DNA from: Eledone cirrhosa
Lineage: Eukaryota
Length of the DNA: 64,000 nt
Direction: 5' to 3'
Assembly (NCBI GenBank): GCA_964016885.1
Contig: OZ024743.1
Location: forward strand, 95,108,001 to 95,172,000
The translations under genes were made by a program, and so were the position numbers. The notes below the pieces were generated by a model. That model was given only the letters and a program-made list of their open reading frames with translations. It was not told where the DNA came from and ran no database searches. Position 1 is the first letter of the stretch, and each line of letters begins with the position of its first letter. This document shows positions 40,749 through 55,567 of the stretch, in pieces.

Positions 40749-41700
40749 TATAGTATTTTGCTTCTGTCGAAAATTATAGAAGCTGGATTCTTATAGAATT
40801 CCAGTAATAATCGGGAGCTGATTATACAGAGCGATTGCCGGTCCAGCTAAAGTTAGGAATTAGGATTGGTGCTCTGAAATAGCGATGTATACATGAATAT
40901 ATGTATAGTATATTTGGCAACATACTGTATGTTTAATTAAAAATCTTTAGGAGACCATACGCTATCAGTTTTAAAGTAGTGACTATGTCAGTTACTTCTT
41001 TTCGGTGAAAGAAGGGAGAGAAGCTATATATATATGTATATATATATGCGTATATGTGTGTGTATATATACGCACACATATATATATATATACATATCTA
41101 TAAAAAAAACACCCGTTTACTATTCATGTATGTGTTTTAGTATGTATTGTATATGTAGATGTAACTTAGTAATGCGTGTGTATATAAAATATGAACATAA
41201 AATTTTGGTAGTTTCACAATTATAGCCATTTGAGGGAATATTCTCTTTCGTTATGTTGAAGGGTCAACATGGCTACGTTTTATCTGTAATAATGTCAGGT
41301 ATAGAATACTATAATTCGGAAGGTGTTATCTTTAGAGAAATATCTGCGTGAGAAAGTCTTCTAGTTCATTGAATTGTAGATTCTACATTCCCTATGTGAA
41401 AGAAAATGCTTTTTGTTTGAAAGAATATAATGAATCAAGGGAATTCGTCGCAGATGGAAATGTCTCATCGAATGGAATAATGGAGGCAATATTTATTATA
41501 ATGGCGTCCATTTCCCATAGTATATAGAAGTTTTACGATGTTGAAGAAACACCATTCTTACATTTGTAAATGAAGACGGAGATGATGCATCTAAAATCAT
41601 TTCTACACATTATATAAAAATATCTAAACATCCGTTTTTCAAAGTATATATATATATGTATGTATATATGTACGTACATATGTATATATGCATATATGTA

Positions 41701-42423
41701 TGTTCTTCTGGTTTTATAATTTCACAAATTTTTGCCAATAGAAAGAGAGTTGGTTTCTAACATAGTTACAAGACTCTCTCATTGGTATTTAGACAACATC
41801 AACTAGGTTGATATGTCTGCATGCATGCATGTGTGTGCAAGTATGGATGTTATTGTATGTGTGGATGTGTATGTTTTGAGTTGTATGTGTGCATGAGTTG
41901 TATCTCTACATGTGTATATGCAGTTATCGCATGCAACATTTTTGGAATGTTTTAGATATTTTTACTGTTCCATTAATGGATTGTACTTGTAATTTTCTAA
42001 CTAGTTGTGTTTTTTGTTTCTGTGAAGCCCAGCTTCTCAAGATTTGTATTGAGGCAGTTACTAACATAACCCAGTGCCCCAACAATCACAGGCATAAATC
42101 TGAAGGTGTAATCAGGGTTGAGTATCTGCATATTTCTCATCAGTTCTGCATAGATATTCTCCTTTTCGCTAATCTTTGATATTATATTGGCATCTGCTGG
42201 GCAGTTAACTTCCACTACTGTGCATGCCTTCTTTTCCCTGTCCCATATCATAATATCTGGTCTGTTATATCTGCATTTTATTGGGGTTTTTACTGGAACA
42301 TTCCACCAGTACTCTTTCATATTATGTACATGGATGTCTTCCACATTGCTGTAGCTTTTAATGTGTTTATTATCAGGGCTATCTTTTCAATGGATTGCAT
42401 TGTACAGTGTTTTGGCCACTACA
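41701..42423 (-). mobile_element. R4/Dong-like non-LTR retrotransposon 3' fragment
   Basis: YWWNVPVKTPIKCRYNRPDIMIWDREKKACTVVEVNCPAD (PD..D/E restriction-like endonuclease); same 3' end as 7531, followed by cata repeats. Confidence 0.8.
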
Positions 42424-42890
42424 GGTTGTTTTTTCATATATGAGTGTTTGAATTTCTTTTTACTTGAAAAAAGGAGGCTCACGAAGGCTTTTTTTTGGTT
42501 GGTTATAAATGAAATTATGGCTGTCACGTGAACAAATTTTCATTAAATTTTTGTGCCCTTATTTGGAAATCCATTCTCTAGCCTTTTTAGAGAATTTTTT
42601 GATAAAAAGATAATTGTTTCTACTTTAGGCACAAGGCCAGCAACTACCCAGTGCCTCACTGGTACTTTATTTTATCAACCCCGTAAGGATGAAAGGCAAA
42701 GTCAACCTCGGCGGGATTTGAACTCAGATCGTAAAGGGACGTAACTATGCTAGAAAGCATAGATAATGGTCAAGAGAAAGGGATGGGAGAATTGTTCTGG
42801 TTCAGTGAATATGGTTAGTTCGCTGGGGTGTCAGAGTTCAGATTTTCTATTGAATAAAGAAAGTAAAGATATGTATGTTTATTTGTGTGG

Positions 42891-42955
<65 letters not shown>

Positions 42956-43592
42956 AATGTCTTTACTTTAGAAAAAGGTGGCTCACGAAGGCTTTTTTTA
43001 AAAAAAAAGCCTTCGTGAACCACCTTTTTCTAAAGTAAAGAAATTCAAACACATTCTAAAAAGGCTAGAGAATGGATTTCCAAATAAGGGCACACAAATT
43101 TAATGAACATTTGTTCACGTGACAGCCATAATTTCATTTATAACCAACCCCAAAAAAGCCTTCGTGAGCCTCCTTTTTTCAAGTAAAAAGAAATTCAAAC
43201 ACTCATATATGAAAAAAACAACCTGTGACCCCCCCCCCCCCCCCCCTTATTTGAAGAACTATTGTAACGCGAACTGGCGCGAAATTTATTATAATTATTG
43301 ACAAACCAATCAAATTACTTCTCGAAAAACCTGGCATTTCGAGCCACTTTTTCCATATAAAACAAGTAACATTCAGAGACCAACCAGATGTAAGAAAAAC
43401 CACAGACCCTCCATCTCAACTCACCTTTTGAAAAGCAGAAGAACTACGAAACCGGTAAAGGAACCAAATAAATATATATATTTAAAAATAAAATAAGACT
43501 CCAGTTGCATTTTCGATTTCATCTCTTTTTCTTTATACTTTCACTCGTGTAGGACACCTCGGTTATTTTTCATTTTGTAAAAAAAACCTCAC

Positions 43593-43666
<74 letters not shown>

Positions 43667-43668
<2 letters not shown>

Positions 43669-44272
43669 TAGCAGAATGGGCCGGCGTTGCTAGGGATTTG
43701 CACTAGGGTTCTTATATATTTGATATATATTTATCCTTATCGAGCCTCGTGAAATATTTTGTTATTGTGTATGCAAAAATATCTGTACGTGAATATATAA
43801 TTATATATATATATATATATATTAAAATAACAGATTAAAGTTTAAGCAAAGAATCGCTGCTTTCACCATTAACGGGATCTTCTGAAACTAAAAAAATCGA
43901 TCTGTGAACGCAGAAGTAAATATTTCAAAAAACGTTACACACTATATAAAAATATACACACACTATATATGCATATATACACACACACACAGCGTCATAA
44001 TGTCGTAATACAGACAGCCAGACATACAGACAGATATTATAAGGGCGCAACGTTATATCTATGTATCTATCTAAAAAGAAAGATTAAGAATTATAGAGAG
44101 AGATAGCTAAATCGCCTAAAGCGGTCCCTAGGGCATTGAACATTTGAAAATTCTTTTCTTAAAACATTCACAGGACCTTAAGTATTTTACATGTGTAAAA
44201 TTTGAAAACAATCGGTTGGGTGGTTCTTGAGTTTTAGGGAGTCAGACAGACAGACATTCTCTGTTTTAGATA
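43667..44272 (+). mobile_element. Helentron/HINE-like non-autonomous element with nested HHR fragment
   Basis: 5' ctagcagaatgggccggcgttgctagg hairpin; 3' aaatttgaaaacaatcggttgggtggtt...cagacagacagac...ttt(TA)n. Resembles described DINE/Lep1-type elements; not verified. Confidence 0.5.
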
Positions 44273-44361
<89 letters not shown>

Positions 44362-44554
44362 CGAAGGAAATGTGGTAAGGAACCAGGTGGACTATAACGC
44401 ACCAAAGTACTCAATACTTGAGGTAGTAGAGTGGGTAATAGGAACCAGTAAGACCCCGACAGCTGATCTCAAGCCGTTTCGACGGCTAATTCTGAATTAA
44501 CTCAGAATTAGCCGTCGAAACGGCTTGAGCTCAGCTGTCGGGGTCTTACTGGTT

Positions 44555-44615
<61 letters not shown>

Positions 44616-44983
44616 TTCGTTTCTGAATTTGTTTAGCAAGATTCTTTATCTGAAAACGTGTGTTGAAACCGATATTGTTATGCTTTGGGAGGGTCATGTT
44701 GCCAATAAAGCAACTGGTGCGTGTGTTTCTTATTGGCAACATGACCCTCCCAAAGCATAACAATATATATATATATATATTTATATATATAAATCAGGAT
44801 TGAATCAGTTTGAAACCAGTTAGACCACTACTCAACAGAGTACTCAATACTTGGGGTAGTAGATTATGGTTATATTATAAAGTGTCGGAGCCCGACAGCT
44901 GAGCTCTTGCCATTTCAATAGCTAGTTCCAGTCTGGAACTACCTGTTTAAAGCGCAAGCGCTCAGCAGCCGGGTCCCGACTCT

Positions 44984-45079
<96 letters not shown>

Positions 45080-45097
45080 TAACAGATTAAAGTTCTG

Positions 45098-45148
45098 AGT
45101 TTCAGAAGATCCCGTTAAGGGTGAAAGCAGCGATTCTTTGCTTAAACT
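45098..45148 (+). ncRNA. Hammerhead-like motif with CAGAAGA core (also - 43839-43889)
   Basis: agttt-CAGAAGA-t ccc gttaa ggg t-GAAA-gca gcgattctt tgc-TT^aaact; all three stems pair. Confidence 0.65.
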
Positions 45149-45255
45149 TTAATCTGTTATTTTAATAAATATTTGCTCTACAGTTCTTATATATTTGATA
45201 TATATTTATCCTTATCGAGCCCTCTTTGGATTTTAGTCTTCAAATTTATTATTAT

Positions 45256-45328
<73 letters not shown>

Positions 45329-46923
45329 GACTGCTTTTAACCTTACCAACTGAGTAGAGTATGCTCCCTTAGGAAATCAAAGTCTTCTTCGTTTTTTCTA
45401 GTTATGTTTTCAAGTATACAACACATGATGCACCAAGATGAATTTTATCCCTTTTAATACAAGATATCCTGTAACTGTTCTTGGTTTTATGATACTGAGC
45501 TGTTTATTTTAAAGTGTCTATATCTATCTAAAGATAAACAAAAAACTTACGTCGTATTTTTATGTAAGAATTTTTGTTAGGCTATGCTAAAAATATCAGT
45601 TAAATAATGAGAAATTAAGTTATATTGCTAAATACGTCCAAAATCTTGACTTATTTTCATTAGAAAGGTGACTTTCATTAGATATATGGTAATGAAGTGG
45701 TTGAAATTTGTATTCATCTAAAAACCTTCAACCATATTTTTATGTACGAACCATTATCAAGTTATGTTTCAAAGAGCAGCTTTATACTTATTACCAAATT
45801 TCTCCAAATTCTTGATTATTTTCAAAACAATAGTCAGCGATCTTCATTAGAAACATAGTATTGAAAGGCTTAAGTAGGTTAGGTTGTGTTTGGTTAATGT
45901 CAGCGAAGTAAATACCTTGAAGTAAATTAAGAGTCTGTTCCAGTGCATTTCACTTAAATACAAAAATACTGTATCTTTCAAATTGAGATGTATTCATTGA
46001 AATGATACCAACTGATTATACACAACTCTCCCGGTTTCAACGATGAGTATTCTAGTTCGATCAACTGAACTATCGACAGCGAAACTTGATTTCGAAATGC
46101 TAGGTTAGTTTTCGGCTTGTGTTGAGAAGGGAGGAAGGGAAAATGTGCAAGACTACAAATCTTCTATCCATTAATAAAATTTGCTACAGAAACGACGAAA
46201 GTCGCCCAATGATCCGTAGGCAGCAAAAGAATTATATCTTTAATTATATTTTTTTTATATTGGCAAAGCATTAAAGTGGGTATACAGATTTATCTCTCAC
46301 TCCAAACACTATGTTGGCTCCCACAACAAGTATTGCAGAATAACTTGCCCATGAAATTAACGTGGAGATGAATAGTTAACGTAGTTCTCAGCGAAATTAA
46401 GCTTGACACAATTGTAACATTGCCTGTCCTTTGAATTACAGGTAAAACTCATTTTCGTGAGCTGAGAGAACTTGACCAACGGGAAATAAAGTGTCTTGCT
46501 CAAGGACTGGAATTGACAACCTTACGATCATGTGCCGAACGCCATAACTATTAAGTCCTGCGTCTCCACCAAATTGATGTATGATATTTATGATGTGGCG
46601 TAGTACACATCTTCAAATGTGCTTTCCTAGATATGTGATAGAAGAAAGTAACAGAATAGTGCTAAGGATATAAAAATGACTGCAGTAAGTTTGTTATTCA
46701 CTTAGGAAGAAGGATAAAAACAAATCAGAAATAAATAAACCGCATAATTCTTCGACTTTGATAAATATTGCATCCCTAAGGAATACAGACTTCGAAAACA
46801 GATATATTAACAAATAATTTACGTTTTGTATAGATTTAAAAAAAAATTAAATCAAACATATAATTTTAGAAGGTTGCATAGACAAACAGACGTACACATA
46901 TATGAAGATACATATATACACCC

Positions 46924-46960
<37 letters not shown>

Positions 46961-47021
46961 ATATGTATATATATATATATATATTTACCAATATATCATA
47001 ACTCGTGTGTTACACCTCTAT

Positions 47022-47059
<38 letters not shown>

Positions 47060-47086
<27 letters not shown>

Positions 47087-47420
47087 AATAAATGTTTCGC
47101 TCTACATGGCTGAATACAATAAATGTAATCTGAGTTTTTCGAATATTAATAATAACATTCGATTCGTTTGCAATTATGCAAACAAGCCTCATTTTTAAAG
47201 CCATGTCAGTAGAATGAACCCTTCATTTTTGCTCTTGTGTTTACATGCCAACACAAGAGCAAAAATGAAGGGTTCATTCTACTGACATGGCTTTAGAAAT
47301 GAGGCTTGTTTGCATAATTGCAAACGAATCGAATGTTATTATTAATATTCGAAAAACTCAGATTACATTTATTGTATTCAGCCATGTAGAGCGAAACATT
47401 TATTATTATTATTATTATAT
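47060..47420. repeat. Fold-back palindrome, ~175-bp arms, (TA)n-flanked, no clear HHR
   Basis: Centre gctcttgtgtt-tacatgcc-aacacaagagc. Confidence 0.85.
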
Positions 47421-47568
47421 ATATATACAGGGTGTCCCCAAAAATGTATACACACTTCAACAGCATTCTAATAAATTTTGCCTGCATAGGTAATCAAAGA
47501 ATGTATACATTTTGGGTGACACCCTGGATATATATATAAATATACATATATATATATATATTTATATA

Positions 47569-48575
47569 TAATTGTTTCTACTTTTGGCACAAGACCAGCA
47601 ATTATCCCAGTGTATTACTGGTACTTTATTTTATAGACCCCGTAAGGATGAAAGGCAAAGTTAACCTCAGCGGGATTTGAACTCGGAATGGCAAGGGCCG
47701 TAACTTTTTGCTGCAAAACATGGCGTCCGACCCTCTACCGATGCTGCCACTTTGTACTGCCCTCTTCTTATTGTTTTTGTTTTCTGTTTTAACTTATATA
47801 TATTATACATATATGTGTACGCGTGTGTGTCTGTATGCATATATTTGTGTGTGTATGCATGTGTGTGAATGCATGTGTGTGTGTCTGTATGTATATATTT
47901 GTGTGTGTATGCATGTGTGTGAATGCATGTGTGTGTGTGTGTGTGTCTGTATTTATATATTTAAGTGTGTTTGTGTGTGCATGCATACATATTTATTATA
48001 TTACTAAGTTTACTCAAATATATACATTATTCTCTAGTTTTGATATTCAACACTTTTCTTTCTCGTCTCGAATAGATCAAAGTTAACTCTTTAATGTTCT
48101 CTGGCAAAGTAGAAGGAATTTGAAAACTGTCAACAAGGAATTGGACTTGCTGTTGTACATTATTCCTGATAAACTTACATAGCAGGAACCATTGACATAA
48201 ATATTCAGTAAAACAGTTATATCCAAAAAAACTAGTTATCCTCCACAATTAGTAATGAAATCAATTTCAAACAATGGAATAAAAGTTTCGCATTGAGGAA
48301 GTAGGGCTGGCTAACATTTCTGAGACATTCACGTGTGTCACTATTTGAAAGTTTTCGGAGTATGAGACTAAAAAAAAATTAATATCAAAGTAAATAATTG
48401 TTTCTACATTTGGCACAAAGCCAGCAATTATCCCAGTGCATTGTTGGTACTTTATTTTATCGACCCCGTAAGGATGAAAGGCAAAGTTAACCTCGGTAGG
48501 AATTGAACTCAGACTGTAAAGGGCCGTAACTCTTTGCTGCAAAGCATGGCGTCTGACCCTCTACCGATACTGGCA
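47569..48575 (-). mobile_element. Two Nin-SINEs (47569-47748 and 48394-48575); another at 42611-42755
   Basis: Reverse complement of the consensus. Confidence 0.8.
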
Positions 48576-49984
48576 AGTAAATAATAATAGAAAAGGGAGG
48601 ATGTAAAGTTGAAAGAATGGAGAGATAATTAAGTAAACAAATGTTGGAAAGAGCTGGTGTCATAAACAGACTCAGTATTTTGAATTAATTTGTTGTTTTG
48701 GCACCAGTCCAGACATTTTGTCATATTATTTTGTTCATAACTTATAGCATAACATTTTAAAGTGCTAAAGGTTGTGTTATATTTAGTTCATAAATTATAT
48801 GTAAATGCTGTTTTACAAGATACAACTGTGTTTGTCTTTACTTGAAGCCTTAAGTTTGTTCTGTCTCCACAGATTTTTAGCTTGATCGATTCTTATTTGT
48901 CTCTAACCCATATCAATAGACATACGAAAGTTAATTCTTTAATATCGAGTCCATGAATTCTTTACCAGAGTTAACAAAAAATATATGTATACTGGAATAA
49001 ATTAATAAATTACACGAAGAAGGTTATTCAGATAACATATAATCTTTAAGCCATATGCCTCTCCCAGTAATTATGTCTTAGTTTTAATGTGAAGCTATTA
49101 GCTTCAAAATTAAAAATATGTTCTAACTATTAGTGAAATAAACTTCTACAAACACCCCACCACCTTTCATTGACAGGTTTTCCCAATGTCAGCCACGTAT
49201 GTTTTACATCTATCAACTATTGTTGCACATTTGAGAACGGTAACATTATTCTATTTTCGTTTCTCTTTAACATGAATAATTCAGTTAAACACGGCAATGG
49301 GGAATATATCAGAAAACTATCGGCTCAATTCATGGCAAACCTATCAATAGGTGCGTGACATTCTAGAAGTGTCAAGTGGGGAGTTAAAAAGAAGAATATA
49401 AGACAGATTTTTGAGTCAGTCACGTTGGCCATGTTACAATTACTATACGTGATACAGAATATATGTTAAGCAGATGATTTGCGGACACCTGTCAGCATAA
49501 AATACTTAGGTATTTCTCAGAGATCAATCATCGTAAATCTTCTTACTTCTAAAAGTCCACTTTTAACATCAAAGTTCTGTAAACAATTTAATTAAATTAT
49601 CTGATTACCAGTATACATTCTTTCATTGCTTTGAGAAAGAATCTTTCCTTAGTGGCTGTCAGCGAGAAAGATTGAAGAGGAGATGAATATTCTATTTTCT
49701 CTTTATATATGTTTTAAACTTCTTTCATTTCTTGTCGATCTAATGTCGATTCCAATCTATCTTACATGAGAGTTTAGACTAAAAGGTAGACCAAGACAGT
49801 TGTGTCACTTGTTTTGCAACAGGTTTATTCAAAGATTAAAAGATAATAACTTCTATTAACGAATGTAAGGAAAACAATGAAAATTTACTGAAACAAACAG
49901 CAACTAGTTTCGAATATTTAATGCACACGCAATGCACAGATGCACTAGTACACGATACTAGCAGTATACACATTTATACACTAT

Positions 49985-50057
<73 letters not shown>

Positions 50058-51899
50058 GAGAGAGAGAGAGAGAGAAGGTGAAGTTAGAAATAGCACGGAA
50101 AATATATTTAAGGGTCTGTTTTCCTTTTTTGATTCGTCAAAATTATTGAAAAAATGAGAGGGGCAATTCTTTTTTAAAATTTTTTTTATAATGTATATAT
50201 AGTATATGAAGAATTACCGGTTTCGATCTATTATTAAAATTCATCTTATCAAATGTTGAGTGTAAACAATTAAAAAGAATTGACGTATATATATATATAT
50301 AACGAAGGAAATGTGGCAAGGAACCAGATGGACCACAACGCACCAAAGTACTCAATACTTAGGGTAGTAGAGTGGGTAATAGGAACAAGTAGGACCCCGA
50401 CGGCTGAGCTCAAGCCGTTTCGACGGCTAATTCTGGACTAAATGAACATTTTTATCCTGGTAAATGAATAGCCGAACTTCTCAGGGGATAATTCCATATA
50501 TGGTAAAAGTGATTTTCACAAGGATTGGTCCAGTTTATTCAGCTGTAGAAATGAGATGATAGGACTGCGGTCCCTATCATTAAATCACCAAAGACACCTC
50601 CAACGAGATATACCTTGGTGGAGGCCAGCTAAATCTGAATAGATGTGAGCTGTCACACAATGGAAGGTTATCTAAGATGTCAGTGATCGAAATAAGTGAC
50701 ATTTAAAATATGAGAAAAAACACAAAGTTGTAACTACTACGAGCTATGATCAGTATTGTTAATTTAGTTCTCAGTAATGGCCACATGGAGAATATTTTAG
50801 TTAGGTTTCTTGTTACATCAAGTAAGGTACTCTAGTTGTAACTACTACGAGCTATGATCAGTATTGTGATGAATACTCTATGGTCGGGAAGAAGTTGTAC
50901 ACGACAACGGATGCTTCGCATTCCTCTGACTAAAAGCTAAGTAGTTTTGACGAAGATGATGCAAGAGACTCTTACAATGAATTTTATATGAAACAAATAA
51001 TTATGTATTAGATTGAAACTGTTGATAGATTGCATAGCAATAATGTTGCTGCTAACTTGTCTTTGGTAGAGTAGCTGGCTGGCGTTTAGGTTATGTTATT
51101 TCTCTACAGGAATTCCTGTGGTGACAAAATGTGTAATGTGAATTGTGTTATATTTCTTGACTAGTATAGTATATACTGTGCAATTGGTGTTATGTGTATA
51201 TACAGTGTTGTGAAGGCGCGTGGCTTAGTGGTTAGAGAATTGGATTCGCAATCGTTATGTTAAGAGCTCGATTATCGGATCAGGTGGTGCATTATGTCCT
51301 TCAGCAAGACACTTTATTTCATGTTGTTCTTTCTGCCAGGAGTTATGACCGGTAGATATTATCAGCAATGGAAAGACCAATGGAAACAGTTTCCTTGGTC
51401 TGATTTGACGAACTCCACCCCGCTGGGTAAGTGAATGGCGTTTGGGATCTTGTCGATTTAAATAAAAATAAGTATATACAATCCTTGTTTAAAATATGAG
51501 ATGTGCAGAATGCATTGTTGCTGTTATAATGTCAGGTATCATTTATGTAAGGGTATGTGTTATGTTATTTTATTTAGTGATAATTGTGTAGAATATGTGT
51601 TTGGTTTTGTCTGGTGGTTATTCCGTGTTGTATGTTTTGTATTTGTTATGTAATTTCATTGGGTGGTTACTGTGTAGGTTACTTGGTCTAGAAAACGTAC
51701 GATAGGAGTTGTGCTGTTGAATTGAAAGTGTCTTGTGTTGGAACTAAGCTGTACCTAGCAAGACTAATCATTTGGATTGACATTGTGAATTCTGGCATGG
51801 TTTATAAGTTTTATTCATTTGTTTTAATCAAACCTACTGCTCCAATTATAATCACCATTGTATGTAATTTCCTGTCATTTTGCTTATTTCATGCCTAAC

Positions 51900-52150
51900 A
51901 GAGGAGAGTGAGGTTAGCTGGACATGCTCACCGACATCCAGAGTTGATACTGCACTCAGTGCTCCTATGGGAGCCCCTTCATGGACACACTGGAAGAGGA
52001 AGACCGAGGTTAACATATGTTGATGCCCTAAGGACAGACACTGGTCTCTTGGAGACGCAAGACATGACAGCGATAATGAGGGACAGAGACCGCTGGAGAG
52101 AACTCGTCCATGGATCTCAGGAATTTTACCCGCCCTAGATAGATATAGAG
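51900..52150 (+). mobile_element. RTE-clade LINE 3' end with (TAGA) tail
   Basis: RLAGHAHRHPE...VLLWEPLHGHTGRGRPRLTYVDAL...MRDRDRWR. Confidence 0.8.
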
Positions 52151-54110
52151 ATGCCTAACATCTTGCCTACTTTAATTTCAAAATCCATGTATTTTGACCT
52201 TTTTTCTACCTCATTTTGGGAAATATTGTGGTCAGAAAGGTTGGAAATATCTGTCAGTTTTCGTTCCACTTCTTTATTATCATGTCCGGAGGATTTGCCT
52301 TAATCTCCGTTTTAGTCTGAACAGCTATCGTTTTCATAGTTGTGGTTACATCATTGTCATATACCATATTTGGTACATTTTTATACCATTTATGAATCGC
52401 TGTTAGCGGATTTGCTTGAAGTTGATAAGGACATCGCAGCAGATGTGGTTAACAGTCTCATTGTGCTGTTTATAGTCTGATTTTATTATCTCTTTCAATA
52501 TTTTATTTTTCTAGTTGTTCGTGACTAGACAGTGATCCGGTGCAGCTGAAATCAGTTTGTTTCTGCTTACGTTATCTTACATCTTCTTTGCTGAGCCTTG
52601 CGGGTATACGAAGTGCTTTTATTTTTTACATTTTTCCTTTAATATATTCTGAATTCCTTTTTGATTTGGTCGATTTTGTTTTTACCTTTATATAAATATT
52701 TTCTCCGGTATAGTTATTTTCCAGTTTGTATTATATTGTTTTGTCATTAATTCTAGAGTTCGATCTCACTGCTTGGCTTCTTGAACAAGTGTCATTTACC
52801 ATAATCTCGGGTCGACCCATGTTTATGTGAGTGAGAAACTGGGTAAACAGAAACTGTATGGAATCTCGTCGAATAGATAGTACTTGTAATTTAAAGGACC
52901 AACCATGTCACACACTGTGACATGCCGTGTCGCCCATTGAATTATATTAAGGAGACACGTATCTGTGAATGCTCAGTTACATACTCGTTCATTTCCTGGA
53001 ACACACATCGGAGATCACTCATCGATACTTATAAAGAATATTTATCTATTTTTTCTCCCGGTTTCCTGATTGAGCTACGTTTTCCATTGCAAAATTCAAA
53101 GTATTTTCTTTTCTAAGCCCACCTATGTAATGCGGTAAAAGTTTTGTTTAAAGCGATTTATGTTCCTCTCGTGAAGTACGCAGCAGTTCTTATTTTGGTT
53201 TACCTGGCCTCTGTGTTAGATTCACCGGTCCAAATTAAAGACACCGGACAGCACGAAAACATTCACCCCTCACAAAATTTGAGCCATTAGTAACGATAAT
53301 TATAATTGGAGATAAGTAAATACAATTATACAAAATAAATCTTATAAGAAAACGTTAAACGTGGACGCTCTTATTTGTTATTGTAATGTGTAAGGTAACG
53401 AAGGATGGGAAATAATTTTGCTTTCATGTTTACATAATAACCATTTACTAGCATTTCTAAACTATATTCATTAACAGCAATGTAGTGCTGTAGGAACATC
53501 ATTTCCTAACGTTTGTGGGGAAGAGGATCGGCGTTCTGTCACTATTGTACCTCTTAACTGTGATGTAGGTTTATGCATAGCAATACTCCCCTATGTATGG
53601 GAAAGAACTACATCTTATTTGATTCTCCACAGTAGAAATTTATTTATAGAGTTTGGTCGTTCGTTTTCATTTTTAATTTTCATGAATTTGCAGTTGCCGT
53701 GTAGTACATTATTTATTTTTATAATATATTCATCAAGCAAGGCATTCTTGTTACTTTTACAACTTATAATATTGTTTAATAGTGTTCCAGTTCTTGCGGA
53801 GTTTACATCAACATCTTATTTCTATGTTTATAAGAAGTTACCATGTTTAATATTTACCAATATTCTCATATTTCATTTTGACATGTTGCATCGACAACAT
53901 GCTTTTATTAATATCAGACTCTCCGGATTCACCGTACACTAACATCATGTTGATGAATAATCGTTAATAAATTAATGTATTTAGGTAGGCCATGGTTCTA
54001 AACTAAACATAGAGAACTAACAAGGAAATACGAAAAATTCATACATTAAATATTGAATTCGAACAAAATCGTTTCTTTAATACAAACTGTTTGAAAGAAA
54101 ATCTAATCCA

Positions 54111-54182
<72 letters not shown>

Positions 54183-54202
54183 ATATACATACATACATAC
54201 AT

Positions 54203-54273
<71 letters not shown>

Positions 54274-55522
54274 ATAGTAATAATAAATGTGAAGACTAAA
54301 ATCCGTGTGTGGGCGTATGTGTGTCTACTCCGAATTATATAAGAAGATAGCATATATATTTAGAAACGAGACAAAAATATGACTAAATTTTAATTCATAG
54401 TGAAACAATAAAATATAAGAAGTAAAGATAGGAAGCTGTCAGAAAACAGTAAAACTTGCGACTGTAAAACTTACAAAAATAAATTTAATACATTATATAT
54501 TAACTCATCATAATAACACCGCTAACACCGACATGAAATATTAATGCTATAGCGAAAATAGTGGCGATATTTTTAGACTGGAAGCTATTTATATGCTCAG
54601 CTGTAGGTAAAATACTAAAATGCGCAACCAGTTCTTTATCATGATGATCATGATGATCATCATCATTTAATGACTGTTTGCCTCGCTTGCAAAGGTTAGA
54701 TAAATCATCTTAGTCAAGGTCAGTACTGGTATCCCTGTCCACAGGGCCTCCTCCCTACTCACCACCATCGGCACAGAGTTAGCTACCCGCAGGTGTGAGC
54801 CTCGCCAACTGGAAAGGGCTCTTTTAACGCATCTCTCTCACCATTCTTCAAGGAAACGCCTTCTCTAATCTGTCCGCTGAGGCATCATTGCGGCCAGCGC
54901 ATTTGCTCATAATAGTGAGAGATGGGGGAGAGCGGGAGAGACGGAGGCAGTGACAGTGGGGGTTTGGTTCCTTTGTGTTCGTACCTGGTGTATATATGTA
55001 TATATCTATTTACCACACCACATGTTACATACATCTGAGCAACTAATCTCAGTTAGACCAAGGAAGAGCATCTCACGTACATATCTTGCCACATTCTACA
55101 TATTGCACTGGGTGTATTTTATTGTGATACCAGCACTGCGTAGGTTATCGTGTCTTTGAAACAACTGAAATGTCCGCTCTACAATTTGTTTGGCCAGACC
55201 CCCATCCACTCACCAACCACTTTGCAGTGTTCTAGATATGTTTTATTGTGTCAGTTCTACTTTAAAATCATAATATTCACTCTTTTAATTCATAGAAAAT
55301 GATGTATACTGTATACTTTTTAAAGGCACGTTTATGAAAGTTTCCATTACAGGGAGTTTCATTTAAATATTTTGTTACTGTTTTGCATGCGCAAACCAAT
55401 CACACAGCACACAACATGAAAACAAGATGGTGTAGGATAGAACAAAGGAGAGGCAAAAATAAAAACCCAGTCACTAAGGTGGTCAGAGATTGTGTGACGA
55501 AAGACCTTTGAGATACACACAG

Positions 55523-55567
<45 letters not shown>

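Noticed and set aside
43245-43295. TTGAAGA...GAAA motif in the 4997/43598 family
   Set aside because: Stem II needs many G.U pairs and stem I is 4 A-U pairs; cannot be supported by eye.
54720-54990. Locally GC-richer segment as promoter/first exon of the GTPase gene
   Set aside because: Composition alone; no supportable TSS or splice donor.
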